Source: an uncultured archaeon
GTDB lineage: Archaea; Asgardarchaeota; Hermodarchaeia; Hermodarchaeales; Hermodarchaeaceae
Direction: 5' to 3'
Assembly: GCA_964347045.1 (NCBI GenBank)
Contig: CAYFXC010000003.1
Location: 1-38,690 of the forward strand
Length of the DNA stretch: 38,690 bases
Part shown: positions 17,771 through 27,795 of the stretch, one piece after another
How positions within the stretch are numbered: the first letter of the stretch is position 1
Layout: each line of letters opens with the position of its first letter
Notes under the pieces: model-generated
Seen by the model: only the letters and a program-made list of their open reading frames with translations
Database searches by the model: none
Told to the model about the DNA's origin: nothing
Made by a program: the position numbers and the translations under genes

Positions 17771-19495
17771 CTATACGCGTTGACGATACTGAACTTCATG
17801 GTTTGCATAATGCAGCGCACGAGGAACATCGTCGCTTCCGGGTACAACTGGTAATATGCTTAGTCGTTTCGTATGGCGTTGTTTGAGGGAATCAGGAAGT
17901 TCGCCGCCCATGGGATGTTCGAAGGGAAGTAGAAAACGATAGTCTTTTCCTAGGATGCCCGCTATGCGAGTAAGCATCCGCTTCGATTTGCCACCATGCT
18001 TATACCGGTAGTAGCTTAGGTAAAGGAAACCACCCACAAGTTTGATGATTTGCCGGTTGATCCAGGTGTCCTTGATATCACCCAGCCAAATATCTCGCCA
18101 GTGATGAAGATTATGATCCCAACATTCAACAAACATTTCCCATTGTAATTCTGTTAAACGCCGGAGATTCAAAGTTTTTTCCTTTCGTAATGCACAGTCT
18201 TCCAAAGAGACAAAGAACAGAGGTACAAAGAAGGTTTTGAAACGTCTCATACGATGAATTAAGTCGAGAGTATGCAGGACATCTTCTTCTTTCTCCTTCG
18301 GTAATCCTGTTACTAATGTGCATAAAGGCACCCAGTTTGCATCATTAAGAATACCATAAGCTTCACAAACGATTTCAGGCCATTGGCTGACATCATATGG
18401 TAAGGCTTTTCCTCGCATATGTTCCTGCATCAAGCGTGGACTACCCGTCTCAACTCCAACTTCTACAGTAACAACAGGATCCCCATGATACTTATACCGA
18501 CATCTATCACCAATTATTTCTGAAATTTCATGAACCATTTGAGGATCAATTATTGCTGGAGCTAGGGACGCATGTGCTGTTTGAATATATTTAACGCCAG
18601 GCTCGTCCAAAACGGCTTTGTAGACACTAACGACAGCTTCCCGGTTCGGAAGGAAGCGTTCTTTTGACCCATATAGAAAAACATCATCGGTGTTTAAAAG
18701 AATCATATTGGCACCGCAACGGAGGTTCGCTCGAACCTCTTGGAGAATTTTTTCAATGGGAAAGGTTCTTCGGTATTTCATTGTGGGAGAACAGAACTGG
18801 CAACCTCTCCCACAACCTCTTGAGATTTCGACCGCTCCATATATTGCGCCGTTCTTAATGGCAGGAATATCCTTATCTGCAGGGCGTTCTGTTTTTACTA
18901 TTGGAGGCAATTTTTCGCCACGAATTGCCTGTTCAAATAGCTTTGCAGCAGCATTTTCAGCTTCTCCCAAAACGAGGCAGTCGAATCCATATTCCTTGCG
19001 GAGCTTCGGGTTTTTTAGTTGCCAAGATCCTGCACCACCAAGAATGCGAGGAACTTTGTATTTTTTGAAGAGTGGATTTTGGGATAGCCGCCAAAACTCT
19101 AGACCTGTTGCGGGAACGTTTCCAAGACCTGTAAGAGAAGAATAGGTAACACTAACATAAGCCATTCCTAATGGATCCATACTTGATATACCTACAACTT
19201 TGGTGTTCGGTCCCATAGCACGTTTGAGTTGTTGGGGATGAACAGTTATTACGGAGTCCTCATCGAAACCGTTTTCTAAGAGCGCGGCTTCGATTTTCCG
19301 AAGACCATAAGGGGCAAACGGAGTCGAATAATCCTTATTTGGGGTATCTGGCTTATACATTCGTTTTAGCATAAAAGCTGGGAAGAGGCGACCAGGAAAT
19401 CCGCCTGCAAACGCTAGAAATGGATCAGCATCCCATCCCGCCATTTCAGCAACCGATGCGGTAAGGACGACTTTCTTACCACCGTTTCTTCCCAT
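17771..19495 (-). CDS. radical SAM protein with B12-binding-like N-terminal domain (COG1032-like)
   Basis: EISRGCGRGCQFC (CX3CX2C), APYGLRKIEAALL, SMDPLG, GVETGS. Confidence 0.88.
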   Translation of the reverse strand: MGRNGGKKVVLTASVAEMAGWDADPFLAFAGGFPGRLFPAFMLKRMYKPDTPNKDYSTPFAPYGLRKIEAALLENGFDEDSVITVHPQQLKRAMGPNTKVVGISSMDPLGMAYVSVTYSSLTGLGNVPATGLEFWRLSQNPLFKKYKVPRILGGAGSWQLKNPKLRKEYGFDCLVLGEAENAAAKLFEQAIRGEKLPPIVKTERPADKDIPAIKNGAIYGAVEISRGCGRGCQFCSPTMKYRRTFPIEKILQEVRANLRCGANMILLNTDDVFLYGSKERFLPNREAVVSVYKAVLDEPGVKYIQTAHASLAPAIIDPQMVHEISEIIGDRCRYKYHGDPVVTVEVGVETGSPRLMQEHMRGKALPYDVSQWPEIVCEAYGILNDANWVPLCTLVTGLPKEKEEDVLHTLDLIHRMRRFKTFFVPLFFVSLEDCALRKEKTLNLRRLTELQWEMFVECWDHNLHHWRDIWLGDIKDTWINRQIIKLVGGFLYLSYYRYKHGGKSKRMLTRIAGILGKDYRFLLPFEHPMGGELPDSLKQRHTKRLSILPVVPGSDDVPRALHYANHEVQYRQRV

Positions 19496-19806
19496 CTCAT
19501 CATCCCATTGAATTTACATAGCTAATTTTAGATATTGGTCACAAAATGGTAAGTTTATTCTCGAAGGGGTTTTACCTATTATGCTTTTCGTAAGACTGTT
19601 TTCTTTTTTGTTTTCTACTTATAAAATTGACGCGGTTTTAGATTGAAAGCTCTGCTATTGCACGACGTCGTAGTCGACACTAAGGAGCACCAAATCCTGA
19701 AACGTCATAGAATCGCAGGGAGTATCATGCTAGTTCTCTAAAAAGGCGTACTTATCTGTAGATTCTTATGAAAGAATTGAAAATATTCTCTCAATGGTGG
19801 TGCTTA

Positions 19807-20874
19807 CTACTCCCAGAAATATTTACCATTCTCGTAAATGATAAAATCACCTGCAAGAATTTTGCCATCATCCTTCATACTTTTGATAATATCAACATGA
19901 ACTGCGCTTTTGTTGGTGCCTTTACATTCGGGGTAAGCATTCCCCAAAGCACAATGGATAGTGTCACCAATTTTTTCATCGAATAGCATGTTCAAGGTAT
20001 ATTGCTGGATTCCTCGATTTGTCCCTATTGCCATTTCTCCTAGATACCGTGCCCGGTCATCCGCGTTGATTGCGGCATCCAATGCATCATGTCCTTTCTC
20101 TGCAGAATGGTTAATGACTTTTCCGTTCTTGAATTCCAATCGAACCCCTTGAACTTCCACTCCCGCATAAAGGAACGGTATATCGAAATAGATGTGTCCT
20201 TCAACAGATTTTTCGACGGGACTCGTAAACACCTCACCGCTAGGCATATTATTGGTGCCTTCTGATGCAACCCATATGCGACCTTTAGTGGAAGCCATCA
20301 GGTCAGTGTCTTTTCCAATGAATCGGATAGTTGAGTTTTCTTGGAGCTTATCACGTAATCTGCGCATGAGTTTTGCTTCTTTTTCCCAATCCAGGAGTGT
20401 TGCACCATAGACAAAGTTTTGATAATCAGTCAGGCTCATTTTCGCCTCTTGGGCAAGTGCTTGGTTAGGGTGTAGTGTCAAACACCATCGCTTAGTTAGG
20501 ACTTCTTCTGAGATAGGCTTCGTTGTTTTTTGTCGTCGCATAAGGCGTTTTGGATCAATACCGGCGAAAGCCCGTGTATTCCCCGGGGATCGCAATCGAA
20601 TTAAAACATCGGAAGCTTTGATAGCTTCCATCTGGTGCTTCGGAAACAAGTCTAAGGTCTTATTTGTGGCCGTGTCCATATAGGCTCGACTAATTTCAGA
20701 TGAATCCATAATTGTCATCGTAGCCGCACCTCGCTCTACAATTTTTCTTACAACCTCAACTGCGAGAGGGTGTGCATCCAAGTCAGAGATGATGTAGACC
20801 ATCTCACCCGCTTGGACATTGGTCGAATACTCAACTAGAATTCGAGCATGTTCTTTGATTCGCGGATCAACCAT
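19807..20874 (-). CDS. aminopeptidase, M29 (AmpS/AmpT) family
   Basis: NMPSGEVFTSP, LGEMAIGTN, LFDEKIGDTIHCALG, SAVHVD; ATG 20874 follows SD GAGGT. Confidence 0.9.
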   Translation of the reverse strand: MVDPRIKEHARILVEYSTNVQAGEMVYIISDLDAHPLAVEVVRKIVERGAATMTIMDSSEISRAYMDTATNKTLDLFPKHQMEAIKASDVLIRLRSPGNTRAFAGIDPKRLMRRQKTTKPISEEVLTKRWCLTLHPNQALAQEAKMSLTDYQNFVYGATLLDWEKEAKLMRRLRDKLQENSTIRFIGKDTDLMASTKGRIWVASEGTNNMPSGEVFTSPVEKSVEGHIYFDIPFLYAGVEVQGVRLEFKNGKVINHSAEKGHDALDAAINADDRARYLGEMAIGTNRGIQQYTLNMLFDEKIGDTIHCALGNAYPECKGTNKSAVHVDIIKSMKDDGKILAGDFIIYENGKYFWE

Positions 20875-21081
20875 ACACATCAACCTCAAAATAGAGTTAC
20901 CACGCAAAGGAAAAGAGCTAGGTTTAAAGCATTTTTGTTGCATCTCAGAGAATACTTACAATATATGAGAGGAGATATCACTTTTATTGCGGAAGGCTTT
21001 TGAGGAACTACTTTTCAATCAAATCCACTTTGAGGCAACATCATGGACTTTATTCATGTCGCTGCTTCAATCGATTGAAAT

Positions 21082-22248
21082 GTGAAGGGACTTCACTTGA
21101 CTGTAGCCATTGTCGGTGTCGGACACACAGATTTTCGTTCCACTTCGCCTGACATTTCATTTAAAGAGCAAATGTTCGAAGCAGCAGTCAAAGCCTATGC
21201 TGATGCAGGAGTTAACGCTCGTGAAGACATAGGCAGCTTTCTCACTGCTGCAGAAGACTACTGGGAAGGATACTCTATCTTCGATGAGTTTGTACCTGAC
21301 CAACTCGGTGCAGTATTACGCTCTGTGTGTACGATTGGTGGTGACGGTTTGCTCGCACTAGCGAACGGTGTAATGCAAATTGAAACCGGACTATTTGATG
21401 TGGTGGCAGTTGAGGCTCATAGTAAAGCCTCAGACATGCTCACCTTTGATGGTATTTTGACCCATGCATTAGACCCTGTCTTTAATCGTGCATTCGACGC
21501 CCACCCCTACTTCATTGCGGGGTTAGAAATGCAACGATATTTGCATGAGACCAAAACAACACGGGAACAATGCGCAACTGTGGTTGTAAAAAACAAACGT
21601 AACGCCATGAATAACCCTCTTGCGGCATTTCCTGCTGATATGACGATCGATGAGGTCATCGATTCCACGATGGTTTCTCATCCTCTCACCCAACGCGATA
21701 TTAGCCCACTTGCTGATGGTATGATTGTGATGGTCTTGGCTTCAGAAAAGAGAGCCAAAGAACTTTCAGATTATCCCATCTGGATTAAGGGGATGGGTTG
21801 GTGTTCTGATACGCCGTGGCTCGAAGCCCGTGACTGGAGTGCGGCGGAATATACGAATCTTGCACGAAATCGTGCATATAAGCGATCGGGAATAAAGGAC
21901 CCCAGAAAGGAAATCGATTTGGCGGAAGTAGACGACTATTTCAGTTTCAAAGAACTTCAACATCTTGAAGCTCTCCAAATCTGCGAACCTGGCGAAGCCG
22001 GTAAACTTGTAGAAGCCGGCGAATTCAATCAGGATGGCGCTTTTCCTGTCAATGTATCTGGTGGACGACTTGGAGCAGGTAACCTTCTTGAAGGTTCTGC
22101 ATTGCAATCCGTCCTTGAATGTGTCCTACAACTACGCGGTCATGCAGGGAAACGACAAATCAAAAATGCGAAAACCGCGCTCGCTCAAAGTTGGCGAGGG
22201 GTTCCCACAGCAAGCGGTTGTGTCGCCGTATTAAGCAACGAAATATAG
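21082..22248 (+). CDS. thiolase-fold protein lacking thiolase catalytic residues (Ltp4-like subunit)
   Basis: SCP2-type thiolase fold (KNKRNA..NP.A, SPLADG, VNVSGGRLGAGN); no Cys at the usual nucleophile position and no GHP His; EVDDYF in place of HD/YD. Confidence 0.8.
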   Translation: MKGLHLTVAIVGVGHTDFRSTSPDISFKEQMFEAAVKAYADAGVNAREDIGSFLTAAEDYWEGYSIFDEFVPDQLGAVLRSVCTIGGDGLLALANGVMQIETGLFDVVAVEAHSKASDMLTFDGILTHALDPVFNRAFDAHPYFIAGLEMQRYLHETKTTREQCATVVVKNKRNAMNNPLAAFPADMTIDEVIDSTMVSHPLTQRDISPLADGMIVMVLASEKRAKELSDYPIWIKGMGWCSDTPWLEARDWSAAEYTNLARNRAYKRSGIKDPRKEIDLAEVDDYFSFKELQHLEALQICEPGEAGKLVEAGEFNQDGAFPVNVSGGRLGAGNLLEGSALQSVLECVLQLRGHAGKRQIKNAKTALAQSWRGVPTASGCVAVLSNEI

Positions 22249-22264
22249 CTTGGAGGACGAAAAA

Positions 22265-23434
22265 ATGAACATTAAAAAACGTGTAGCCGTGATTGGCGCT
22301 GGAATTACGCTCTTTCGACGACGTCTTAAAGAATCGGGAAAAGAACTTTCCTTTCTTGCCTCAAATATGGCGCTCGAATCTGCTGGTATGACTCGAAATG
22401 AAATTGACAGTGTCGTCATGGGAACAGCTCCTGATGCCTTCGACGGCGTTCACATGAAATCCGAAAATCTCTTAGATGGTGCAGGCGCTACAAAAAAACC
22501 CTATACGCGCGTCTACGTTGGTGGGGGCACAGGTGTCTTTTCCACCATTGGAGGTTGGTGGCACGTCGCCTCTGGCATGCATGATACTTGCCTTGTTGTC
22601 TGTGAAGAGAAAATGAGTCCATGCTTCCCCCACCCTCAAACCGCTTTTCGTTCCATTTGGGATCCAATCATTAGCCGACCTCTCAATCCCAACCTTGTCT
22701 GGATATTCGCCCTCGAAATGCACCGCTATATGAAGGTTCATAATATCCCCAAAGAACACATCGCCCAAGTCGCCGTTAAAAACAAGGGAAACGCTCTCGA
22801 CCATCCAAGTGCTCAACTTGCTGCTAAAATCACGGTTGAGGATGTCCTCAACTCTGAAATCATGGTCTATCCTGTCAATCGCCTTGACATCAGCCCGCCT
22901 AGTGATGGCGCTGCCGCTCTCATCCTTGCTTCAGAAGATATTGCACGTAAATACACCGATGCACCAGTTTGGATTGATGGTGTAGGCTGGTCCCTTGACA
23001 GCGCATATTGGACTAACCGTGACCTCTATTTCCCACAATATGTTGCCGAAGCTGCAAAAATGGCTTATAAAATGGCAAAAATTAACAATCCACCAAAAGA
23101 AGTTAGCTTTGCTGAACCATATGATCCATTCACGTACAAGGAACTGCATCATACTGAAGGGTTATTGCTTGCTGAAAAGGGTCAGGCTCCAAAGTTAACA
23201 GTGGAAGGGGTCACCGCCCGGGATGGTGATCTTCCAATTTGTCCATCGGGCGGGTTGCTTGGTGTTGGGAATCCGATTGCTGCGGCTGGGTTGATGAAGT
23301 GCTGTGAGGCTTTCTGGCAACTTCGCGACGAAGCTGGTAAGCGACAAGTCCCCAAGGCAGAAACAGGTGTCTGCCAAGCATGGGGAGATTTGATGCAGGT
23401 CGGTACAGTCTGCGTCTTCAAGAGGGATAGTTAA
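22265..23434 (+). CDS. thiolase-fold protein, Ltp3-like putative retro-aldolase subunit
   Basis: GTAPDAFDGV, GATKKPYTRVYVGGGTG (no Cys), EEKMS, EPYDPF, PSGGLLGVGNPIAAAG resemble actinobacterial Ltp3. Confidence 0.8.
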   Translation: MNIKKRVAVIGAGITLFRRRLKESGKELSFLASNMALESAGMTRNEIDSVVMGTAPDAFDGVHMKSENLLDGAGATKKPYTRVYVGGGTGVFSTIGGWWHVASGMHDTCLVVCEEKMSPCFPHPQTAFRSIWDPIISRPLNPNLVWIFALEMHRYMKVHNIPKEHIAQVAVKNKGNALDHPSAQLAAKITVEDVLNSEIMVYPVNRLDISPPSDGAAALILASEDIARKYTDAPVWIDGVGWSLDSAYWTNRDLYFPQYVAEAAKMAYKMAKINNPPKEVSFAEPYDPFTYKELHHTEGLLLAEKGQAPKLTVEGVTARDGDLPICPSGGLLGVGNPIAAAGLMKCCEAFWQLRDEAGKRQVPKAETGVCQAWGDLMQVGTVCVFKRDS

Positions 23435-23446
23435 GGAGGGACTACA

Positions 23447-23962
23447 ATGAGCAAAAACATGAAAGAAATGCCAGGAACACCACTTTCGGGAAAGGAACTC
23501 AAATCTGACAAAGTCATTACATTTGAATGGCGTCCAAACGCAAAGTATGCGTGGAGCGCAGGGATTGCTTACGGTCGATTCCTCGATGAACTTAAGGAAG
23601 GCCGCATCATAGGTCGACGGTGCCGTCGCTGTGAACGGATCATCGTGCCTCCACGAATGTTTTGCGAACAATGTTTTGTTGCAACTGCTGAGTGGGTGTA
23701 TGTCAAGGATACTGGGACAGTGAACACGTTCTCATTATCCTATCTAGATGCAGATGCAAATCGCATCCAGGACCCTATTCTAGTCGCTGTAATCGACCTC
23801 GACGGGGCTAGCCCAGGAGTTGGTCTTCTCCATTTACTGGGAAACGTAGAACCTGAAAAAATTGATGTAGGGATGCGAGTGAAAGCCGTCTGGAAGCCTC
23901 CTGAAGAACGGGAAGGCTCAGTTACTGATATTCTCTTTTGGGAACCCTTGAAGGAGGACTAA
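23447..23962 (+). CDS. DUF35 Zn-ribbon/OB-fold acyl-CoA-binding scaffold protein
   Basis: CRRC...PPRMFCEQC zinc ribbon, GTVNTF, GMRVKAVWK. Confidence 0.88.
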   Translation: MSKNMKEMPGTPLSGKELKSDKVITFEWRPNAKYAWSAGIAYGRFLDELKEGRIIGRRCRRCERIIVPPRMFCEQCFVATAEWVYVKDTGTVNTFSLSYLDADANRIQDPILVAVIDLDGASPGVGLLHLLGNVEPEKIDVGMRVKAVWKPPEEREGSVTDILFWEPLKED

Positions 23963-23966
23963 GAAA

Positions 23967-24437
23967 ATGTCGTTTGATAAAATCCGAGATCCACGCAAGC
24001 TTCGCCATCAAATTGGGCATATGGAATGTGACTATATTTACACGGCAGGAGTTGCTGGTGAACGCTTCTACATTGCGTTACGAGATGAAGAAAAACTTCT
24101 TGCAACTCGTTGTGATAAATGTAACATAACCTTCATGCCCCCCCGGTTATACTGCGACCAATGTTTCACTGAACTCGCGAATTTCGCTGAGGTTCCCTCA
24201 ACAGGAGTTATTGAATCTTATACGATCACCTACTTTGATCGTGATGGAGAACCCTTACCCGAGCCCGAAATCTTAGCCTTCATAAAAATTGATCAGACCG
24301 ATGGTGGCCTCATCCACAGAATTAGTGAAATCAAATCGGAATCTCTGAAAATTGGAACGAAAGTCACTGCAGTCTTTGAAGCAAAGGCTAAACGTCAAGG
24401 TGCGCTCACCGATATCAAATACTTCAAACCCACGTAG
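23967..24437 (+). CDS. DUF35 Zn-ribbon/OB-fold protein (second copy)
   Basis: CDKC...PPRLYCDQC, GVIESYT, GTKVTAVF, TDIKYFKP. Confidence 0.88.
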   Translation: MSFDKIRDPRKLRHQIGHMECDYIYTAGVAGERFYIALRDEEKLLATRCDKCNITFMPPRLYCDQCFTELANFAEVPSTGVIESYTITYFDRDGEPLPEPEILAFIKIDQTDGGLIHRISEIKSESLKIGTKVTAVFEAKAKRQGALTDIKYFKPT

Positions 24438-24502
24438 CGAGCAGCTCTCTGCGGCTGCTCCGCTTCACATTTTTAATTCCCAATTAGCATTCGTTATGGA
24501 AT

Positions 24503-24802
24503 TTACCGTGCACAGCTTGGTTTCTGATAAGTAAGTCGATACCGTACTCGAAAAGTTACGTCGTCTTCTGCTTCGAAATCGACAACCGCTAGACTAATCG
24601 GAGATTGGTCATCTAGCTCATAGATTAAATCCTCAAAATATTCTAGCACTCCACAAGTACGACAAAATGGTCCTGTAAATCGAATAAAGACTTCGTTATT
24701 GTCAAAGCCAATAAACTCTGCAAAAGCCTCAGGGCTACGGAGTCGGTTGAAATTTGCAATTGCTCGGGCAATGGCATCTGGCGGGGCAGTCATAAAATAC
24801 AT
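24503..24802 (-). CDS. small CxxC protein, NifU C-terminal-like
   Basis: VFIRFTGPFCRTCGVLEYFED resembles the Nfu 'L.GAC.GC' loop. Confidence 0.55.
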   Translation of the reverse strand: MYFMTAPPDAIARAIANFNRLRSPEAFAEFIGFDNNEVFIRFTGPFCRTCGVLEYFEDLIYELDDQSPISLAVVDFEAEDDVTFRVRYRLTYQKPSCAR

Positions 24803-24856
24803 TTCTTATCTGTTTTCGTTTTGAGGGCTTCGGTTTTACCAATTAAAACAGATTCG

Positions 24857-25777
24857 TTAACCGTTTTTCGGAATTAGACTTTGAGTAAATCCAATTGCCA
24901 TGACTTTTATAAAAAGTGGACGTGCCTTGGGAGGAAATACTTCCAGTTCCTCAAGAAACCGTTGCCCTATAGCCTTCATTACCGAAGCTTGAGTGGATTC
25001 AGTATTCCACGCGTGTTCAACGGTTTCTTTCCAAGAATCCAATGTGGTCAACGCCCGATTGAAAATCACTGGAATATCCTTACCTGTAACTGCGCCAAAA
25101 TGGGAGAACACAAGGATGCGGGGATCATATTCCTGTAATTTTTCAATGGATTCTCGGTATGTGCCAAACTTGAAACTCGGTGGAAACGATGTCGGCGTTA
25201 CTGTGTGGTGTTCTGGGCCAAGCAACCCAGTTGCGTCTCCTGTATACAATGTGCGTGAGATGGTTTCAAAATACGCAAGGTGGTCAGAGGTATGCCCAGG
25301 TGTACCAATGATTTCAATTTCGACATTTTTTCCAAGATCTATTCGATCCCCATGATTGACCTTCCATGTTGATACCTCGTCTGGGAGCTGTTGAATTTCT
25401 TGGGCGTATGAGCCAAACAACTCGCGTGCACCTAGATTTAATCGACTGGGGTCATGAAGTGTAGCGATCGCATACTTATGCCCAACCACAGTAGCATTCG
25501 AAATCGCTGACGCTAAAGGCGTGGCTCCCCCACAATGATCTCCATGGCGATGAGTCACACAGATAAATCGAATATTATCAAGGGCAATGAATCGCTCCTT
25601 CAACGCGGTTAAAATTTGTTCGCCACATCGGTGATGCCCAGTTTCGATTATAGCTGTTTCATGTCCTCGGACGATTAAGCTACTTGTTGTATGTTGAAAG
25701 TCCCAGCCTTGAACATCAATCAAATCGATGTGATTGGTTAAGCTCTGGGGTTGCATAATAAATGGCATAATATTCAC
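24857..25777 (-). CDS. MBL-fold metallo-hydrolase
   Basis: THRHGDHCGG, TPGHTSDH, YTGDA, FSHFG; start may be an ATG at 25768 or 25756. Confidence 0.85.
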   Translation of the reverse strand: MNIMPFIMQPQSLTNHIDLIDVQGWDFQHTTSSLIVRGHETAIIETGHHRCGEQILTALKERFIALDNIRFICVTHRHGDHCGGATPLASAISNATVVGHKYAIATLHDPSRLNLGARELFGSYAQEIQQLPDEVSTWKVNHGDRIDLGKNVEIEIIGTPGHTSDHLAYFETISRTLYTGDATGLLGPEHHTVTPTSFPPSFKFGTYRESIEKLQEYDPRILVFSHFGAVTGKDIPVIFNRALTTLDSWKETVEHAWNTESTQASVMKAIGQRFLEELEVFPPKARPLFIKVMAIGFTQSLIPKNG

Positions 25778-25890
25778 ACACCAAAGAGGTTGTCACTCTA
25801 CTTGAATCTAGAAAAGGCTTTTTGCTTTTCATGTCCTTGGGACACTATAAACCTTCATTGTTAAACATTGATTTGTCGAGGGATATTCTC

Positions 25891-26577
25891 GTGGAAAACG
25901 CGCCTTTGAGAATTACACGGCACACCTACTGCATTGGCGGACCGAATATTACTGATCCCGATGATTGCTTCATCTATCTCGTCGACCTAGATGATAGACT
26001 CATTCTTATTGATGCTGGGATTGGACGAAGCACTGATCGTTTAATTGACAATATGGTAAAGTTAGGACTGGATCCTAAAAGGGTTGAACTCCTTATTTTG
26101 ACCCACGAGCACGTGGATCATGTTGGTGGAGCCGTTCCTCTTCAATCACGATTAAAATTCAAGATCGCAGCGCATGAAAATGCCGTTCGGGCTATCAGTC
26201 AGGGTGATCCTATTGCTACTGCTGCCAATTATTATCGTATGGATATACAACCAGCTTCCATAGATCTGATCCTGGTCAAGGATGCCGATGTCATTCCTAT
26301 TGGAAAAAAGAAGTTGCACTATATCCACACCCCCGGTCACACACCGGGGAGCATTGTGTTATATTTTACTGATGGAGATCGACGAGTGCTCTTTGGGCAA
26401 GATCTTCATGGACCATTTAATGCCGCCTGGGGGAGTGATGTTGCAAAGTGGCGGACTTCGCTGAATCTTATTTTAGCCCTTGAATCAGATATTCTCTGTG
26501 AAGGTCATTATGGCGTATATCGTGGAAAATCAGCCGTTCGTCAATTTATTTTTGGTCTCTTAGAACAAACCACTTAA
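25891..26577 (+). CDS. MBL-fold metallo-hydrolase
   Basis: LIDAG, THEHVDHVGG, HTPGHTPGS, FGQD, LCEGH; GTG 25891 preferred start. Confidence 0.85.
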   Translation: MENAPLRITRHTYCIGGPNITDPDDCFIYLVDLDDRLILIDAGIGRSTDRLIDNMVKLGLDPKRVELLILTHEHVDHVGGAVPLQSRLKFKIAAHENAVRAISQGDPIATAANYYRMDIQPASIDLILVKDADVIPIGKKKLHYIHTPGHTPGSIVLYFTDGDRRVLFGQDLHGPFNAAWGSDVAKWRTSLNLILALESDILCEGHYGVYRGKSAVRQFIFGLLEQTT

Positions 26578-26605
26578 TTCGCAATCATGATTTCCTCAGA
26601 ATCTG

Positions 26606-27775
26606 CTATTTGGCTCTTTCAATTATCGTCGCAGTTCCAAGACCTAATCCACAACAAAAGGTTGCTAGACCAAACTTACCATTTGTATGCTCTAAAACAT
26701 TAAGCAAAGTTGTGATAACCCTCGCACCTGAAGCACCGAGGGGATGACCCAATGCAATGGATCCACCATGGGCATTCAAACGTGGGTCTGAGAGCGGGTC
26801 AAAACCAAGCATCTTCCCCGCTGCAATAACAACACTTGCAAAAGCTTCGTTCACTTCAATAGCATCAAGTTCATCAATAGTAAGATTTGCACGTTTTAAG
26901 CATGGAGGCGTAGCAAAAATTGGTCCTTCTAGGCAGATCACAGGCTCCGTACCAACAACAGCTTGTGATTTAACAATCGCACGAGCCTTCAAGCCAAGCT
27001 CATCCGATTTTTCACGTGACATTAGCATAACGGCTGCAGCACCATCATTAATTGGACAACTATTTCCGGCAGTAATCACACCTCCAAAGAGAGGCGGGAG
27101 TTTTGCTAGTTTTTCCATCGAAGTCGTCGGGCGGGGACTTTCATCCTTCTCAATTGTGATCCAATTGTCGTCTTCTTGACGGGCTGGTGTTGGCACAACT
27201 TCTTTTCTGAATTTACCAGCTTCCCATGCCGCTACTGCTTTTTGGTGACTCCACAAAGCGAATTTATCCAGATCTTCTCGAGGAATCTCATATTTTTCTG
27301 CCATTCGTTCTGCGCTCATCGGCATTGGTATGAACTGGAATTTTTTAATTAGCTCAGGATTAAAAGCCGCGTACCCTTCTCCAAAGTCCGCCCCAATGGG
27401 GAGCCATGACATGTGCTCTACTCCGGCTGCAATGACGATGTCAGCATTATATGTAGAAATAGATTGGGCAGCGAAATTTACAGCTTGTTGTGAAGATCCA
27501 CATGCACGGTTTACCGTGCAACCAGGCACGGTGTATGGAAAATCTGCACCTAGCACTGCCAATCGCCCAATGTTTGCACCCTGCCATGAGGTTTGAGTGT
27601 TACACCCCATTATTACATCATCAATGTCTTTGGGGTTGATTTTTGTTCGCTTCGTTAGTTCACGAAGGACGTGGGAGGCAAGTTCATCAGGTCGGGTATG
27701 TGCATATGCACGATCTTTCCGCCCAATGGGTGTTCGAAGAGCATCAACAATAACCGTTTCTCGAAGTTCTTTCAT
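26606..27775 (-). CDS. fadA: acetyl-CoA C-acyltransferase (catalytic thiolase)
   Basis: NRACGSS nucleophile Cys, NEAF, GHPLGASG, CCGLGLG. Confidence 0.9.
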   Translation of the reverse strand: MKELRETVIVDALRTPIGRKDRAYAHTRPDELASHVLRELTKRTKINPKDIDDVIMGCNTQTSWQGANIGRLAVLGADFPYTVPGCTVNRACGSSQQAVNFAAQSISTYNADIVIAAGVEHMSWLPIGADFGEGYAAFNPELIKKFQFIPMPMSAERMAEKYEIPREDLDKFALWSHQKAVAAWEAGKFRKEVVPTPARQEDDNWITIEKDESPRPTTSMEKLAKLPPLFGGVITAGNSCPINDGAAAVMLMSREKSDELGLKARAIVKSQAVVGTEPVICLEGPIFATPPCLKRANLTIDELDAIEVNEAFASVVIAAGKMLGFDPLSDPRLNAHGGSIALGHPLGASGARVITTLLNVLEHTNGKFGLATFCCGLGLGTATIIERAK

Positions 27776-27795
27776 TTATGTCACCCTCGTGATTT

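Noticed and set aside
21082-24437. Mevalonate-pathway thiolase/HMG-CoA synthase/DUF35 complex
   Set aside because: No HMG-CoA synthase gene is adjacent and both thiolase-fold proteins lack the catalytic Cys/His set.
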